Shown here: one piece after another, positions 1 to 9,712 of the stretch
Layout: the number at the start of each line of letters is the position of its first letter
Position numbering within the stretch: position 1 is the first letter of the stretch
Origin: Bacteroidota bacterium
Lineage (GTDB): Bacteria; Bacteroidota; Bacteroidia; UKL13-3
Length of the DNA: 32,895 nucleotides
NCBI GenBank assembly: GCA_040385895.1
Contig: JAZKGM010000166.1
Span: 1 to 32,895 of the forward strand
Direction of reading: 5' to 3'
Notes under the pieces: model-generated
What the model was told of the DNA's origin: nothing
The model's input: the letters and a program-made list of their open reading frames with translations, nothing else
Databases searched by the model: none
Position numbers and translations under genes: made by a program

Positions 1-397
1 TGGCTTCCAGCAAAGCAGCTTGCGATTTTGGAGGCGTACGGTTGATCTCATCGGCCAGCACAATGTTGGCGAACAAAGGCCCGCGTACAAAGCTGAACTC
101 CCGCTTGTCATTTAAGATCTCGCTACCGGTAATGTCGCTCGGCATCAGGTCGGGGGTAAATTGTATGCGGCTGAAATCAAGGTCGAGCACTTCGGCAATG
201 GTGCGTACCAATAGGGTTTTTGCCAGGCCCGGAACACCAACCAGGAGCGTGTGTCCGTTTGCAAATATCGACATCAGCACCGCATCGATCACTTCATGCT
301 GGCCAACGATCACTTTACCTATTTCTGCTTTAAGTTCTTTATATTTCTGATGAAGCGCGTTGGCTGCATCCACATCATTACTAAACGTTGTATTCAT
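1..397 (-). CDS. moxR: MoxR-family AAA+ ATPase (5' part; runs off the window start)
   Basis: Not in the ORF track. Translated by hand from ATG at 397: [33 protein letters not shown]...[11 protein letters not shown] (Walker A)...[15 protein letters not shown]...[19 protein letters not shown], which are MoxR signature motifs. Confidence 0.93.
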   Translation of the reverse strand, partial: MNTTFSNDVDAANALHQKYKELKAEIGKVIVGQHEVIDAVLMSIFANGHTLLVGVPGLAKTLLVRTIAEVLDLDFSRIQFTPDLMPSDITGSEILNDKREFSFVRGPLFANIVLADEINRTPPKSQAALLEA

Positions 398-403
398 CAA
401 TGC

Positions 404-1768
404 TTAATTAATCTTCTTTAAAAATTCCTGTATGGGGGCACAACTTTTATAGTTGTCGCTCACGTGGATATAAAAACTTGTTTTATGTTTTTCTATCCAG
501 TTCTGCATGGTTTTATTCTGCTTGCGCTGTAAGGCCAGCGCCTGCATTTTCTGGTAATCATCGCGCAGGTTTGCACGGTGCGGTGCGGTTTCACTTTTCA
601 GGTAGAAGACGCGCCAAACCTGTTGCCTGTCGGGTGTGGGCAAAGTAACCAGCTCAGGGTCCGATATACTTCCCGGCTCCAGCTTTTCAATGCTGTAATA
701 CATGTCCTTAGGCAGCTCATCTACAGGCAGTTTGGTCGATCCTCCTGCCCCTTCGGTGATAAATCCGCCATTTGCCTTTGTTTGCTCATCGTCCGAAAAT
801 TTCTGGGCCGCTTTTTCAAATGTCATTGTGTCAATTTTTACCAGCCACAATACACTATCCAAAGTGGTTTTGGTCAGCTCAATATCCGACCGGAAGATCT
901 GTGGCCTTACCAGGATATGTCTGATGTTGATGTTCTCGCCTTTACGGTCGACCAATTGAAGGATGTGATAGCCGTATTTTGTTTCAATGATCTTTGAAAC
1001 GCTATCGGGTTTTAGCTTAAAGGCAGCTGCTTCAAATTCAGGCACCATGTCTCCGCGGCTGAAAAAACCAAGCTCACCCCGTTTTTGGGCCGACATTTTA
1101 TCATCAGAGTAAATGAGGGCCAGTGTCCCGAAATTGTCACCTTTTAAAATGCGTTCGCGCAGCTCGCTGATCTTTTCATGGGCCAGTTGTTTGGCATCCT
1201 TGTTCACCTTCGGCATCATAATAAGCTGCGCCAGCTCTATCTCTGCGCTGTAGTATGGAAGGCTATCCAGCTTATCCAGCTCATTGTAAAACTTCTTAAT
1301 ATCTGTTGGCGCCACTTTCACATCTTTCAGGATCTTTTGCTGCATATCCTGCACCATCAGGCTTTGTTTGATCTTATCGCGGTTGCCTGCTTTAATTTCG
1401 GTGATGGTTTTGCCGTAATAGGTTTCCATTTCTTTTTCGCCACCGGGGAATTGCGAGGCGAAAAATTTGATCCGCTTTTCCAGCTCCATGTCCACACGCT
1501 CTTCAGCCAAAGGCATACTGTCCAGGTCGGCTTGTGCCATTAGCATACGCTCCACTATTTTCTGGCGCATAATGGCGCAGCGGGCGCTGTCGTTCAATGT
1601 ACCGATATCTTTTTGCAGCTGCTGGAACTCCACTTCAATTTCCGATTGCATAATGATGTTGTCGCCAACAATGGCTGCGATCTCATCAATGATCTGCCCT
1701 TGCTGCTGAGCCTGCAATTGGTGCATCAACCCGAAAACCAATAAAAAACAACCTATTAAATGCTTCAT
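404..1768 (-). CDS. surA: SurA-like periplasmic chaperone / parvulin peptidyl-prolyl isomerase
   Basis: Signal peptide; SurA-type N-terminus (IDEIAAIVGDNIIMQSEI); two parvulin domains (GELGFFSRGDMVPEFEAAAF...TKYGYHIL; HILVRP...FSDD...ANGG). Lies directly upstream of moxR. Confidence 0.85.
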   Translation of the reverse strand: MKHLIGCFLLVFGLMHQLQAQQQGQIIDEIAAIVGDNIIMQSEIEVEFQQLQKDIGTLNDSARCAIMRQKIVERMLMAQADLDSMPLAEERVDMELEKRIKFFASQFPGGEKEMETYYGKTITEIKAGNRDKIKQSLMVQDMQQKILKDVKVAPTDIKKFYNELDKLDSLPYYSAEIELAQLIMMPKVNKDAKQLAHEKISELRERILKGDNFGTLALIYSDDKMSAQKRGELGFFSRGDMVPEFEAAAFKLKPDSVSKIIETKYGYHILQLVDRKGENINIRHILVRPQIFRSDIELTKTTLDSVLWLVKIDTMTFEKAAQKFSDDEQTKANGGFITEGAGGSTKLPVDELPKDMYYSIEKLEPGSISDPELVTLPTPDRQQVWRVFYLKSETAPHRANLRDDYQKMQALALQRKQNKTMQNWIEKHKTSFYIHVSDNYKSCAPIQEFLKKIN

Positions 1769-1906
1769 TTATTCAAAATGTGTAAACGTAAAAACAGGGG
1801 TGCTATTGCCTGTGATTGAAACGCTATTAACCGCGTAAATATAGCAGCCTGCGTGCAATTGAAGAAATTATTTATGTGATTAGTGAAAGCCCCTGGCGGT
1901 AAAAAG

Positions 1907-1935
1907 AAAAAGCTGCCTGTTACGGGCAGCTTTTT
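1907..1935 (-). terminator. Intrinsic terminator hairpin (possibly bidirectional) after the long PPIase gene
   Basis: AAAAAGCTGCC-tgttacg-GGCAGCTTTTT inverted repeat with A/T tails on both sides, 16 nt past the stop at 1952. Confidence 0.8.
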
Positions 1936-1951
1936 CCGGCCTTGCGGCTAA

Positions 1952-3964
1952 TTATTTAAACAAGGTCTTTACTGTTTCTTCGTTAACCGTAACAGGGTAT
2001 TTAGCCCTTAATTCCTTGATCCATTCTTTTTCCAGGTAATTCTGGTAGTCGGAAGTAACAAGGCCTTTGGCTTCTTTCAGCGTTTTAGGCTCGGGACCGA
2101 CAATACCTGTTACATAGTAAAACTTGTACTGGTTGTTTTCATTTGCAATATCAACCACTCCTTTTTTATCATACAATTTATCGGTTTCGGGCGATTCGCC
2201 TTTCTCCGCTTTTAGTTCTGTAACGACCAAAGCACCGGTGATCTTTTTATTTATTTTAGCTTTTATTTCATCAACCGGATTGCCTGCAACAGCCATTTTC
2301 ATGGTCGCTTTTTTGGTTTTTTCGTCCAGTGTATTAAAAACCAATACACGAACACGGTCTTTCCACATGTATTTTTCTTTATTGGCGGCATGAAATTTTT
2401 CAAGGCCGGCAGTATCGGTAACGGCTTTGTTCCATACTTTTTTATCTGTAAGGTCGAACAGCAAGATGCCATCATGGTATTCCTGCATCAGGTTGCGGAA
2501 ATCATCGTAACGTGTTTCAAGCTGCGCTTCTTCGTAAGCCAGTGCCTGTTCGTCAACAAAACGTTTGTAGGTATTGTTCACTTTCATAAACACCGATTGG
2601 CCCGGCTCGTAATGATCGTGTCCGCTCGAAAGGTATTGTGCAAAATTCCTTTCTGTATAGGTTGTGGTGCCGATGCTGAACAGGGGTTTCGTGCTGAATT
2701 TGTTTTCGTCAAATACATAGCCGTCCATAAAAATACTGCTGTCCACCGCGGTTGAAGCAAATGATCTTAAATTGGCAGGGTATTCTTTAAAATTGTTCTC
2801 TTTTTTGATGCGTTGGGCAACAGATGTTTTGCTGCTTTCTGCACGCGCATCGCGGGCTACCTTCGTTTTAAGTGTTTCTTCTACGTCTTTATAAGGAGCA
2901 ACCGGTTTAGAATCAACCAGCTTGATGATGTGAAAACCATACGGGGTTGAAAATACTTTTGAGGTCTCATCCTTTTTCAGGTCGAACGCCACCGCTTTAA
3001 ATTCTTCAGGAAAGCGGCTGTTGCTGGCCATCCAGTTCATTGTACCTTTATTCGGTTTGCTTCCTTCATCCTGCGAGTATTGCGTAACCATGTCGTCAAA
3101 ACTTGCACCCGACTGGAGCTTATAATAAACAGAGTCAATTACCTTCTTTTGCTCAGCAACAGTTTCGGGTGTTGCATTTTGCCCGGTGCTGCGCATAATA
3201 TGCTGCACTTTTACTTCACCACGGGCCTGGCGCGTGTTGTTTGCTTTTAAGATGTGGTAGCCATAGCGTGTACGGAAAGGCATTGAAACCTGCCCTTTAG
3301 GCGTTTTATAGGCCATGTCTTCAAATGCGTAGATCATATCGAAAGCCGAGAACCAGCCCAGGTTTCCGAAATTGCTCACGGCCGAAGGATCTTCCGAGTT
3401 GTGTGCGGCCAGTGAATCAAAATTTTCGCCTTTTAAATAACGTTTGCGCAGCTCAAGTGCTTTGTTGTATGCTGCCAGTGTATCGGCAGGCTTCGCATTC
3501 TCTCCGCAGTTAATTAAAATATGGCTGGCATTCACTTCGGTAAGCATGTGTTCGTATGCTTCTTTCATTAAACCTTCGGTTGCTTTTTTATCTGTTAAAT
3601 AAGGATTGGCCAATTGCTTGCGGTACCCGGCAAGCTCTGTTTTAAAAGCTGCGTTGGTATCCAGCTCCATTAACCGGGCTTCCTTCACCTTCATTTTAAA
3701 GTTTTCGTAAAGCTCTAAATATTCACGTACACTTTCTTCGGTAGGTGTTTCTTTCTGGTTGCGGTTTTTCGACAATAAACGTTCAAACTCCGATTTGTAA
3801 ACCGTATCGCTGCCGTATGTAAATACAAGCGGATCAGCTTTTTTAAGCGCAACAGGCGTTGCAGCTGGTTTGGTTGGTTTGCTCGTTTTGTTTTTAGGTT
3901 TTTGCGCAAATGCAACTGAAGTAACTAATGCTAATACGCTTAGTGTTACTGCGTGTTTATTCAT
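1952..3964 (-). CDS. PpiC/parvulin-type peptidyl-prolyl isomerase (long form, two rotamase domains)
   Basis: Signal peptide; EVNASHILI...SEDPSA...GNLGWF...FRTRYGYHILK and VKVQHIM...SQDEGS...STPYGFHIIKL; C-terminal WIKELRAKYPVTVN. Confidence 0.9.
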   Translation of the reverse strand: MNKHAVTLSVLALVTSVAFAQKPKNKTSKPTKPAATPVALKKADPLVFTYGSDTVYKSEFERLLSKNRNQKETPTEESVREYLELYENFKMKVKEARLMELDTNAAFKTELAGYRKQLANPYLTDKKATEGLMKEAYEHMLTEVNASHILINCGENAKPADTLAAYNKALELRKRYLKGENFDSLAAHNSEDPSAVSNFGNLGWFSAFDMIYAFEDMAYKTPKGQVSMPFRTRYGYHILKANNTRQARGEVKVQHIMRSTGQNATPETVAEQKKVIDSVYYKLQSGASFDDMVTQYSQDEGSKPNKGTMNWMASNSRFPEEFKAVAFDLKKDETSKVFSTPYGFHIIKLVDSKPVAPYKDVEETLKTKVARDARAESSKTSVAQRIKKENNFKEYPANLRSFASTAVDSSIFMDGYVFDENKFSTKPLFSIGTTTYTERNFAQYLSSGHDHYEPGQSVFMKVNNTYKRFVDEQALAYEEAQLETRYDDFRNLMQEYHDGILLFDLTDKKVWNKAVTDTAGLEKFHAANKEKYMWKDRVRVLVFNTLDEKTKKATMKMAVAGNPVDEIKAKINKKITGALVVTELKAEKGESPETDKLYDKKGVVDIANENNQYKFYYVTGIVGPEPKTLKEAKGLVTSDYQNYLEKEWIKELRAKYPVTVNEETVKTLFK

Positions 3965-3995
3965 CTGTAAAACTGGTTTAATTTTAAATGAGTTG

Positions 3996-4003
3996 CAAAA
4001 ATA
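3996..4003 (-). promoter_or_regulatory. Bacteroidota housekeeping promoter -7 box for the long PPIase gene
   Basis: Minus strand reads TATTTTTG, matching TAnnTTTG, about 30 nt upstream of the ATG. Confidence 0.6.
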
Positions 4004-4048
4004 TAAAAAAACGTGGCTTTAGCTAATTAGCAGCTATTTCAGTATTTT

Positions 4049-5227
4049 TTAATAAGTGGCCTTGCTGTGTTTGTTCACCAGCTCCAGGATAGCCTTCTTC
4101 AGCTCGTCTGTGTTTGTTTTTTTCTGGGCCGAAATGAAGATAACAGGTGCATTTTCTTTGGCCATCCAGGTGTTTTTTAAGCGATCGATATATGGGATCT
4201 CTTCTTCTCCTTCTTCGATCTCATCGGGCATGCGCAAAGGTTCTTCCAGCTTATCGATCTTATTAAACACCAGTAAAACCGGCTTTTTATTGGCTTTAAT
4301 TTCTTCCAGTGTTTTATTCACCACCTCGATCTGGTCTTCGAAACCGGGATGCGACACATCCACCACATGAACCAGTACATCCGCTTCGCGTATTTCGTCA
4401 AGGGTAGATTTAAAACATTCGATGAGCTGATGCGGAAGCTTACGGATAAAACCAACGGTATCTGTTAACAGAAAAGGGATATTGTCGATCACCACTTTCC
4501 GTACCGTACTGTCAAGGGTGGCAAAAAGCTTGTCTTCTGCCAGCACATCGCTTTTGCTCAGCATGTTCAGTATGGTTGATTTACCCACGTTGGTATAACC
4601 CACCAGCGTTAAACGAACCTTGTCATCGCGGTTCTTCCTTCTTGTGTCGGCCTGCTGGTCAATTACTTTTAAGTTATTTCTCAGCTTCGAAATGGTTTCA
4701 CGGATCACGCGCCTGTCGGTTTCAATCTCGCTCTCTCCCGGACCTCTCGTACCAATACCCCCGGCATGTTTTGTTAAGTGGGTCCACATGCGGGTTAAAC
4801 GCGGTAAAAGGTATTGTGCCTGGGCCAGTTCCACCTGCATTTTAGCCTGTGCTGTGCGGGCGCGGTTCGCAAAAATATCAAGGATAAGGTTGGTGCGGTC
4901 GAGTATTTTGCATTGAAAACTTTGCTCCAGGTTCCTGATCTGGGAGGGGCTTAATTCGTCATCAAAGATCACCGAATCAATTTCCTGCTCCTTCACAAAC
5001 AGGGCAATTTCCTGCAGCTTGCCTTCGCCAACAAAAGTTCCCGAATGCGGCTTTTGCAGGCGCTGGATATACCTTTTAACCACCCTTGCCCCGGCCGTAA
5101 GGGTTAAAAATGCAAGTTCATCGAGATACTCTTCTGCCAGCTCTATTTTCATTCCCTGCGAAGCAACTCCAACAAGCACTGCCGTTTCCTGTTTTTTATG
5201 GGTATCGTGTAATTTATCTTTTGCCAT
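4049..5227 (-). CDS. hflX: Ribosome-splitting GTPase HflX
   Basis: LDELAFL...FDDELSPSQIRNLE...LDRTNLILDIF...GPGESEIETDRR; G1 GYTNVGKS, LFATLD, DTVGFI, NKID. Confidence 0.97.
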   Translation of the reverse strand: MAKDKLHDTHKKQETAVLVGVASQGMKIELAEEYLDELAFLTLTAGARVVKRYIQRLQKPHSGTFVGEGKLQEIALFVKEQEIDSVIFDDELSPSQIRNLEQSFQCKILDRTNLILDIFANRARTAQAKMQVELAQAQYLLPRLTRMWTHLTKHAGGIGTRGPGESEIETDRRVIRETISKLRNNLKVIDQQADTRRKNRDDKVRLTLVGYTNVGKSTILNMLSKSDVLAEDKLFATLDSTVRKVVIDNIPFLLTDTVGFIRKLPHQLIECFKSTLDEIREADVLVHVVDVSHPGFEDQIEVVNKTLEEIKANKKPVLLVFNKIDKLEEPLRMPDEIEEGEEEIPYIDRLKNTWMAKENAPVIFISAQKKTNTDELKKAILELVNKHSKATY

Positions 5228-5240
5228 GTATAATAAGGTG

Positions 5241-5248
5241 CAAAGGTA
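5241..5248 (-). promoter_or_regulatory. Promoter -7 box for hflX
   Basis: Minus strand TACCTTTG matches TAnnTTTG, 13 nt upstream of the ATG. Confidence 0.65.
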
Positions 5249-5301
5249 AGGTATTGCATGAATTGTTTAGCGTATGTGTAGAACTGAATTGATAAAGGAT
5301 C

Positions 5302-5364
5302 AGCCACAGACTATATCAGATGAGGGGTGGCTATCTTTCATTTTAATCTGTGAGATCTGTGGCT
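5302..5364. repeat. REP-like palindromic element in the hflX/menA divergent intergenic region
   Basis: AGCCACAGA (5302-5310) and its perfect reverse complement TCTGTGGCT (5356-5364), with an inner CAGAT/ATCTG pair. Confidence 0.55.
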
Positions 5365-5456
5365 AAGCTACCCGCAGCAATAAGTGATGACCGGTCAATT
5401 CTGTTGCATATTCAAATAATCGCGCGTATACATTTCCACAATTTCGTATCTTCATC

Positions 5457-5464
5457 TACCTTCG
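5457..5464 (+). promoter_or_regulatory. Promoter -7 box variant for menA-menC
   Basis: TACCTTCG (one mismatch to TAnnTTTG) ends 7 nt before the ATG at 5472. Confidence 0.5.
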
Positions 5465-5471
5465 CCAAACG

Positions 5472-6437
5472 ATGTCGCAACTAAAAACATGGATCCAGGC
5501 CATGCGCCTCCGCACGCTTCCCCTTGCCGTATCGGGTATACTGATGGGCAGCGCCCTTGCCGATTTAAGCGGAAAGCAATCGAACAAAACCATTTTGATA
5601 CTGGCTTTGATAACTGCCATCCTGCTGCAGGTTTTAAGTAACCTGGCCAACGATTATGGCGACTTCATGAAGGGGACCGATAACGACAAAAGGCTGGGCA
5701 ATACGCGTGCTTTACAAAGCGGGAACATCAGCCCTGAAGCTATGTTACGGGCGATCATCTTCTTTGTTATTTTATCCCTTGTTTCGGGGATAAGCTTATT
5801 ATATGTGGCATCCGCAGGCAACTTAAATGTGCCTTTCGTTTTATTTTTTGTTTTGGGCATTGCAGCCATTGCAGCTGCCATTAAATACACCATTGGCAAA
5901 AATGCCTATGGATACAGCGGCTTTGGCGATGTGTTTGTTTTTATCTTTTTCGGACCGGTTGCCGTGTTGGGTGTTTATGTGCTTCATCACGGTATTGAAT
6001 GGAGCTGGTACAGCGATAAGTTTATGTTGTTACCTGCAATATGCATTGGCTTGCTAAGCACAGGTGTATTGAACACAAACAATATCCGCGACATTGATAA
6101 CGACAGGGCTTCCGGTAAAAACACCATTGTGGTAAAAATGGGGCTCGATAAGGCAAGGTCATACCACTGGTTGCTGGTGGCCGGGGCTTTTATTTGTTTG
6201 TTGTTATTCATCGTTTCCTCCCCGCTTCATTGGATCCAGTATGTGAGCCTGCTTGCATTTTATCCCATCTTCAGGCAGGCTGTTTCCGTTCAAAAAACGC
6301 CACCTTCACCCGCATTTAATGCATACTTAAAACAGCTCAGCCTTGGCACTTTATTTCTTGTTGTTGTTTTTGTGGTGATCCAGACCATAGCCCTGGGAAT
6401 TTATGTGAGTGATATGATCCATAAGTTTTCCTATTGA
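5472..6437 (+). CDS. menA: 1,4-dihydroxy-2-naphthoate octaprenyltransferase
   Basis: WIQAMRLRTLPLA; NLANDYGDFMKGTD; YGYSGFGDVFVFIFFG; NNIRDIDNDRASGKNT; multiple TM helices of the UbiA superfamily. Confidence 0.95.
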   Translation: MSQLKTWIQAMRLRTLPLAVSGILMGSALADLSGKQSNKTILILALITAILLQVLSNLANDYGDFMKGTDNDKRLGNTRALQSGNISPEAMLRAIIFFVILSLVSGISLLYVASAGNLNVPFVLFFVLGIAAIAAAIKYTIGKNAYGYSGFGDVFVFIFFGPVAVLGVYVLHHGIEWSWYSDKFMLLPAICIGLLSTGVLNTNNIRDIDNDRASGKNTIVVKMGLDKARSYHWLLVAGAFICLLLFIVSSPLHWIQYVSLLAFYPIFRQAVSVQKTPPSPAFNAYLKQLSLGTLFLVVVFVVIQTIALGIYVSDMIHKFSY

Positions 6438-7501
6438 TGACCGTATATAAAGCCTCTTTTAAAAAATACCGGCTGGAGTTTAAAAACACGGTGCGCACCT
6501 CCCGCAATGAACTTAAAATGCATGATGTATTTTATGTGCGCCTGCAGCGCCTCGCTGACGGAAAGATCACCTATGGCGAAGCAGCCCCGCTTAAGGGATT
6601 AAGCACAGATGATGTTCCCGGTTTCGAACAAAAATTGCAGTGGTTCTGTGATTTAATTAATGACGGTATGAAACCCGGATCACTGGATTTTGAACAATAT
6701 CCAAGCATTGGTTTTGCATTCGAAACAGCTTTGCTGGCAATGAACCACCAGGAAGCTTTTAAGCTGTTCGATACTTCTTTTTACAATGGCGATCAGCCTG
6801 TGGCAATAAACGGATTGGTTTGGATGAACGAAACAGGAACCATGTTGCAGGAAGCATTTGAAAAAGCGGAAGCCGGGTTCAATACCATTAAATTTAAAGT
6901 TGGCGCACTGGACTTTGATGCTGAATGCCGCATGCTGGAATCGTTCAGAAAAAGGTACGATGCATTTAAAATAACCCTGCGTTTAGATGCGAACGGGGCT
7001 TTTGCAAACAATTACGCACTGGAGCAGTTAAAAGAACTTTCGCGGTATGACATCCATAGCATAGAACAGCCTGTAAAAGCAGGCCAATTCGAGATCATGC
7101 AGGAAGTTTGTGCTAAATCAAAAATAGCAATTGCATTGGATGAGGAATTAATAGGCCTGGATGCCCTTAACGATTCGGCCCGGGCGTTAACTTACATTAA
7201 ACCTGCATACATTATTTTAAAACCAACGCTGCTTGGCGGCTTACAAAAAAGCGATGTATGGATCCGGTCGGCCGGCAGGAACAATATTGGCTGGTGGGCA
7301 ACCAGTGCTTTGGAAAGCAACATCGGGCTGAACGCAATAGCACAATGGGCTTCCACTTATAACAACCCGTTGCCGCAAGGCCTGGGAACGGGCGGCTTGT
7401 ATGTAAACAATATAGAAAGCCCCCTGAATGTTGAATCAGGTAAGATTTATTATGACCGGTCGTTATGGAATACCGATGAACTTACCCGCTTGTTTGAATA
7501 A
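6437..7501 (+). CDS. menC: o-succinylbenzoate synthase
   Basis: Enolase-superfamily motifs GEAAPL, KFKVG (KxK), LRLDANG, IEQP, IALDEEL, ILKP, SALESNIG, QGLGTG. ATG at 6437 overlaps the menA stop (TGATG). Confidence 0.92.
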   Translation: MTVYKASFKKYRLEFKNTVRTSRNELKMHDVFYVRLQRLADGKITYGEAAPLKGLSTDDVPGFEQKLQWFCDLINDGMKPGSLDFEQYPSIGFAFETALLAMNHQEAFKLFDTSFYNGDQPVAINGLVWMNETGTMLQEAFEKAEAGFNTIKFKVGALDFDAECRMLESFRKRYDAFKITLRLDANGAFANNYALEQLKELSRYDIHSIEQPVKAGQFEIMQEVCAKSKIAIALDEELIGLDALNDSARALTYIKPAYIILKPTLLGGLQKSDVWIRSAGRNNIGWWATSALESNIGLNAIAQWASTYNNPLPQGLGTGGLYVNNIESPLNVESGKIYYDRSLWNTDELTRLFE

Positions 7502-7523
7502 TGTTCAGGTTCCGCTTTTTAAA

Positions 7524-9278
7524 TCAGGCACTCCAGCTCATCTCCGTTTTTGTTCCTTCATTTTGCACAGAGCTGATCATATAAATTCCACCAATCTCTT
7601 CCAGGCGTTTTTTCATGTTCATCAACCCGTTGCCGAACTTACGCGTGTTGACGGTGTCAAACCCTTTTCCGTTATCTGTAATTGTTAAATGAACCTGGCC
7701 TGCATCTATCCGGAGCTTAATATTTACAGCCGTTGCCTGCGCATGTTTTAACACGTTGTTCAGGCTTTCCTTCACCACCATAAAAATATTCCTGCGGGTT
7801 TCCTGGTTCAGCTTTATGCCGGTTGCATCGTCAGGAAAATGGATGAGTAAAGAAATGCCGGTGTCATCAAAAAAATCGGAAGCAAACTCGCGCATATAAG
7901 CCATCAGGTTGTCCAGGCTGTCGTTTTGTGGATTCATGGCCCATACAATGTGGCCCATTTTATCAACCAGGTCGTTGGCCGTAACAGAGATCTTATTTAC
8001 CTGGATGCTCAGGTCTGCTTCATTGCTAAACCTGCTCTTAACCAGTTCGCTCATAATGGCTATTTTGGATAAGCCGCTTCCCAGGTCATCGTGCATGTCT
8101 TTCGAGATGCGTAAGCGTTCTTTGTGTTCCGTTTCAAGTTTTTCTTTTTCCAGTAAATGGTGCGCGCGCACTTTTTGCCGGTTCATTAAAAAATAGGCAA
8201 CGATAATAACTAGCACCAGTACCGCTAATGCAAGGATCACCTGGTAATTCCTTTTACTCAGCGTAAGCTCACTTATTTGTTGTGCTTCTTTTAGCGAATG
8301 AATTTCTTCCTCTTTTTTAACCGTTTCATATCTGGTTTGAAGTTCGTTGAGCTGCGATGCTTTTTCGATGTTAAAGGTACTGTCGCTGATGGCTTTGAAT
8401 TTTTGCTGGTATTGATAAGCTGTTGCGTAATCTTTCAGTCCCACATAACAATCGGCCATGCTTTCGTAAACGGAAATGATAATGTTAACCGCGCTGATCT
8501 CCTGCGCGATCTTCAAACTTTTTGTGTTCAGCTCAATGGCTTTTTTATAGGCATGCATCAGCACATATACATTGGCCAGGTTGCTGTAATTGGCACCGAT
8601 CATGAACTTATCTTCCAGTTTTTGGGATAGTGTTAACGCGCCCGAATAAGAAGCGATCGCTTCTTTATAACGGCCAAGGTATTTGTACACGATACCAAGG
8701 TTATTCAGCGTTAACGAAATGCGGTCTTCCAGCTTAAGCCTTTCATAAATGGCCAAAGCTTTCTGGTACGACAACAAAGCCGAACGGTAGTCTTTCTGCA
8801 CCTCGTAAACCACCCCTTTATTATTGGCGCAATCGGCTATGGTGGAGGAATCCTGTATTGCTGTGGCCAGTGCTTCGGCCTTATTATACTGGGCCAATGC
8901 AGCCGTTAAATCATGCTGCTCTTCGTACAGGGTACCCATGTTCTTTAGTGTTTTGGCTGTGCGCTTTTTATCACCCAGCTGTTCGGATATCTTCACGGCA
9001 TCCTGGTAATATTTTAATGCTTCCACAGGCTTACCGATATTTGAATGGGCATTGCCCAGGTTGTTATAGATCACCGCCAGGCTTTTGTTGTCTTTTTTTG
9101 ATTTGGCCTCGTCCAAAAGCCCTTCGAAAACAACAATGCTTTTTTCATAATCACCATGATTGTAAAGCTCGATCCCTTGTTGCAGCAGCGAGTCTGCATT
9201 TTGGGATCTGACACAATGATTGAGAAGAACGCATGCAACCGAAAATAACATGCATTTTATGTAGGAAAAGTTCTTCAT
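7524..9278 (-). CDS. TPR-sensor histidine kinase (HisKA_3 / NarX-like)
   Basis: Signal-like N-terminus; TPR repeats (YNNLGNAH, LKNMGTLY, ANNKGVVY, LNNLGIVY, YSNLANVY); TM helix VILALAVLVLVIIVAYFLM; H-box ERLRISKDMHDDLG; HATPase motifs ESLNNVLKHA, DNGKGF, GNGLMNM. Confidence 0.93.
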   Translation of the reverse strand: MKNFSYIKCMLFSVACVLLNHCVRSQNADSLLQQGIELYNHGDYEKSIVVFEGLLDEAKSKKDNKSLAVIYNNLGNAHSNIGKPVEALKYYQDAVKISEQLGDKKRTAKTLKNMGTLYEEQHDLTAALAQYNKAEALATAIQDSSTIADCANNKGVVYEVQKDYRSALLSYQKALAIYERLKLEDRISLTLNNLGIVYKYLGRYKEAIASYSGALTLSQKLEDKFMIGANYSNLANVYVLMHAYKKAIELNTKSLKIAQEISAVNIIISVYESMADCYVGLKDYATAYQYQQKFKAISDSTFNIEKASQLNELQTRYETVKKEEEIHSLKEAQQISELTLSKRNYQVILALAVLVLVIIVAYFLMNRQKVRAHHLLEKEKLETEHKERLRISKDMHDDLGSGLSKIAIMSELVKSRFSNEADLSIQVNKISVTANDLVDKMGHIVWAMNPQNDSLDNLMAYMREFASDFFDDTGISLLIHFPDDATGIKLNQETRRNIFMVVKESLNNVLKHAQATAVNIKLRIDAGQVHLTITDNGKGFDTVNTRKFGNGLMNMKKRLEEIGGIYMISSVQNEGTKTEMSWSA

Positions 9279-9589
9279 TTCAAATCCGGATTACCTGGTA
9301 CAATATAAAGGAGAACCATTATCATTAATCCGATCAGGAACAAATTACCAATTATGCCAATTAAATTAAAAACAATGGCCTTAAATTGATTGGGGCTGTT
9401 TTTTATTCCTGCGTAAATACCAAAACAAGCAAAAGTCAACTCCATTGCAGCAAACAGGACCAACAGGAATCTTGAGAGACTTACATTTATGTTAGCCCAC
9501 GCGAAAAGAGCAATAATAATAAAGCTTATAATTAAGCCGAGTAATGCAAACAGAAAAACAGCAAATGAGCTGTACTCTTTCTTTATCAT
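9275..9589 (-). CDS. Small 3-TM hypothetical membrane protein
   Basis: 104 aa with three hydrophobic segments; its TGA overlaps the kinase ATG (ATGA), suggesting translational coupling. Confidence 0.7.
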   Translation of the reverse strand: MIKKEYSSFAVFLFALLGLIISFIIIALFAWANINVSLSRFLLVLFAAMELTFACFGIYAGIKNSPNQFKAIVFNLIGIIGNLFLIGLMIMVLLYIVPGNPDLK

Positions 9590-9712
9590 ACTTTATTGGT
9601 GAAATAAACAGGTCGGGAAGTATGCAATCTACTGGCGTGCAATAACAAAATCAATCTTTGTGAATACTTTATGGGTTTTTGACGCTGTTCAGTCAATACC
9701 TAGCTGTATAAC

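Noticed and set aside
42-3915. Short alternative-frame and antisense ORFs over moxR and the PPIases (and similar ones throughout the window, e.g. 22988-23593, 27345-27860, 32621-32842)
   Set aside because: They lie within well-supported genes and carry no recognisable motifs, so they are treated as shadow ORFs.
5472-7501. Incomplete menaquinone operon (only menA and menC)
   Set aside because: men genes are often split across several loci, so absence from this window is not informative.
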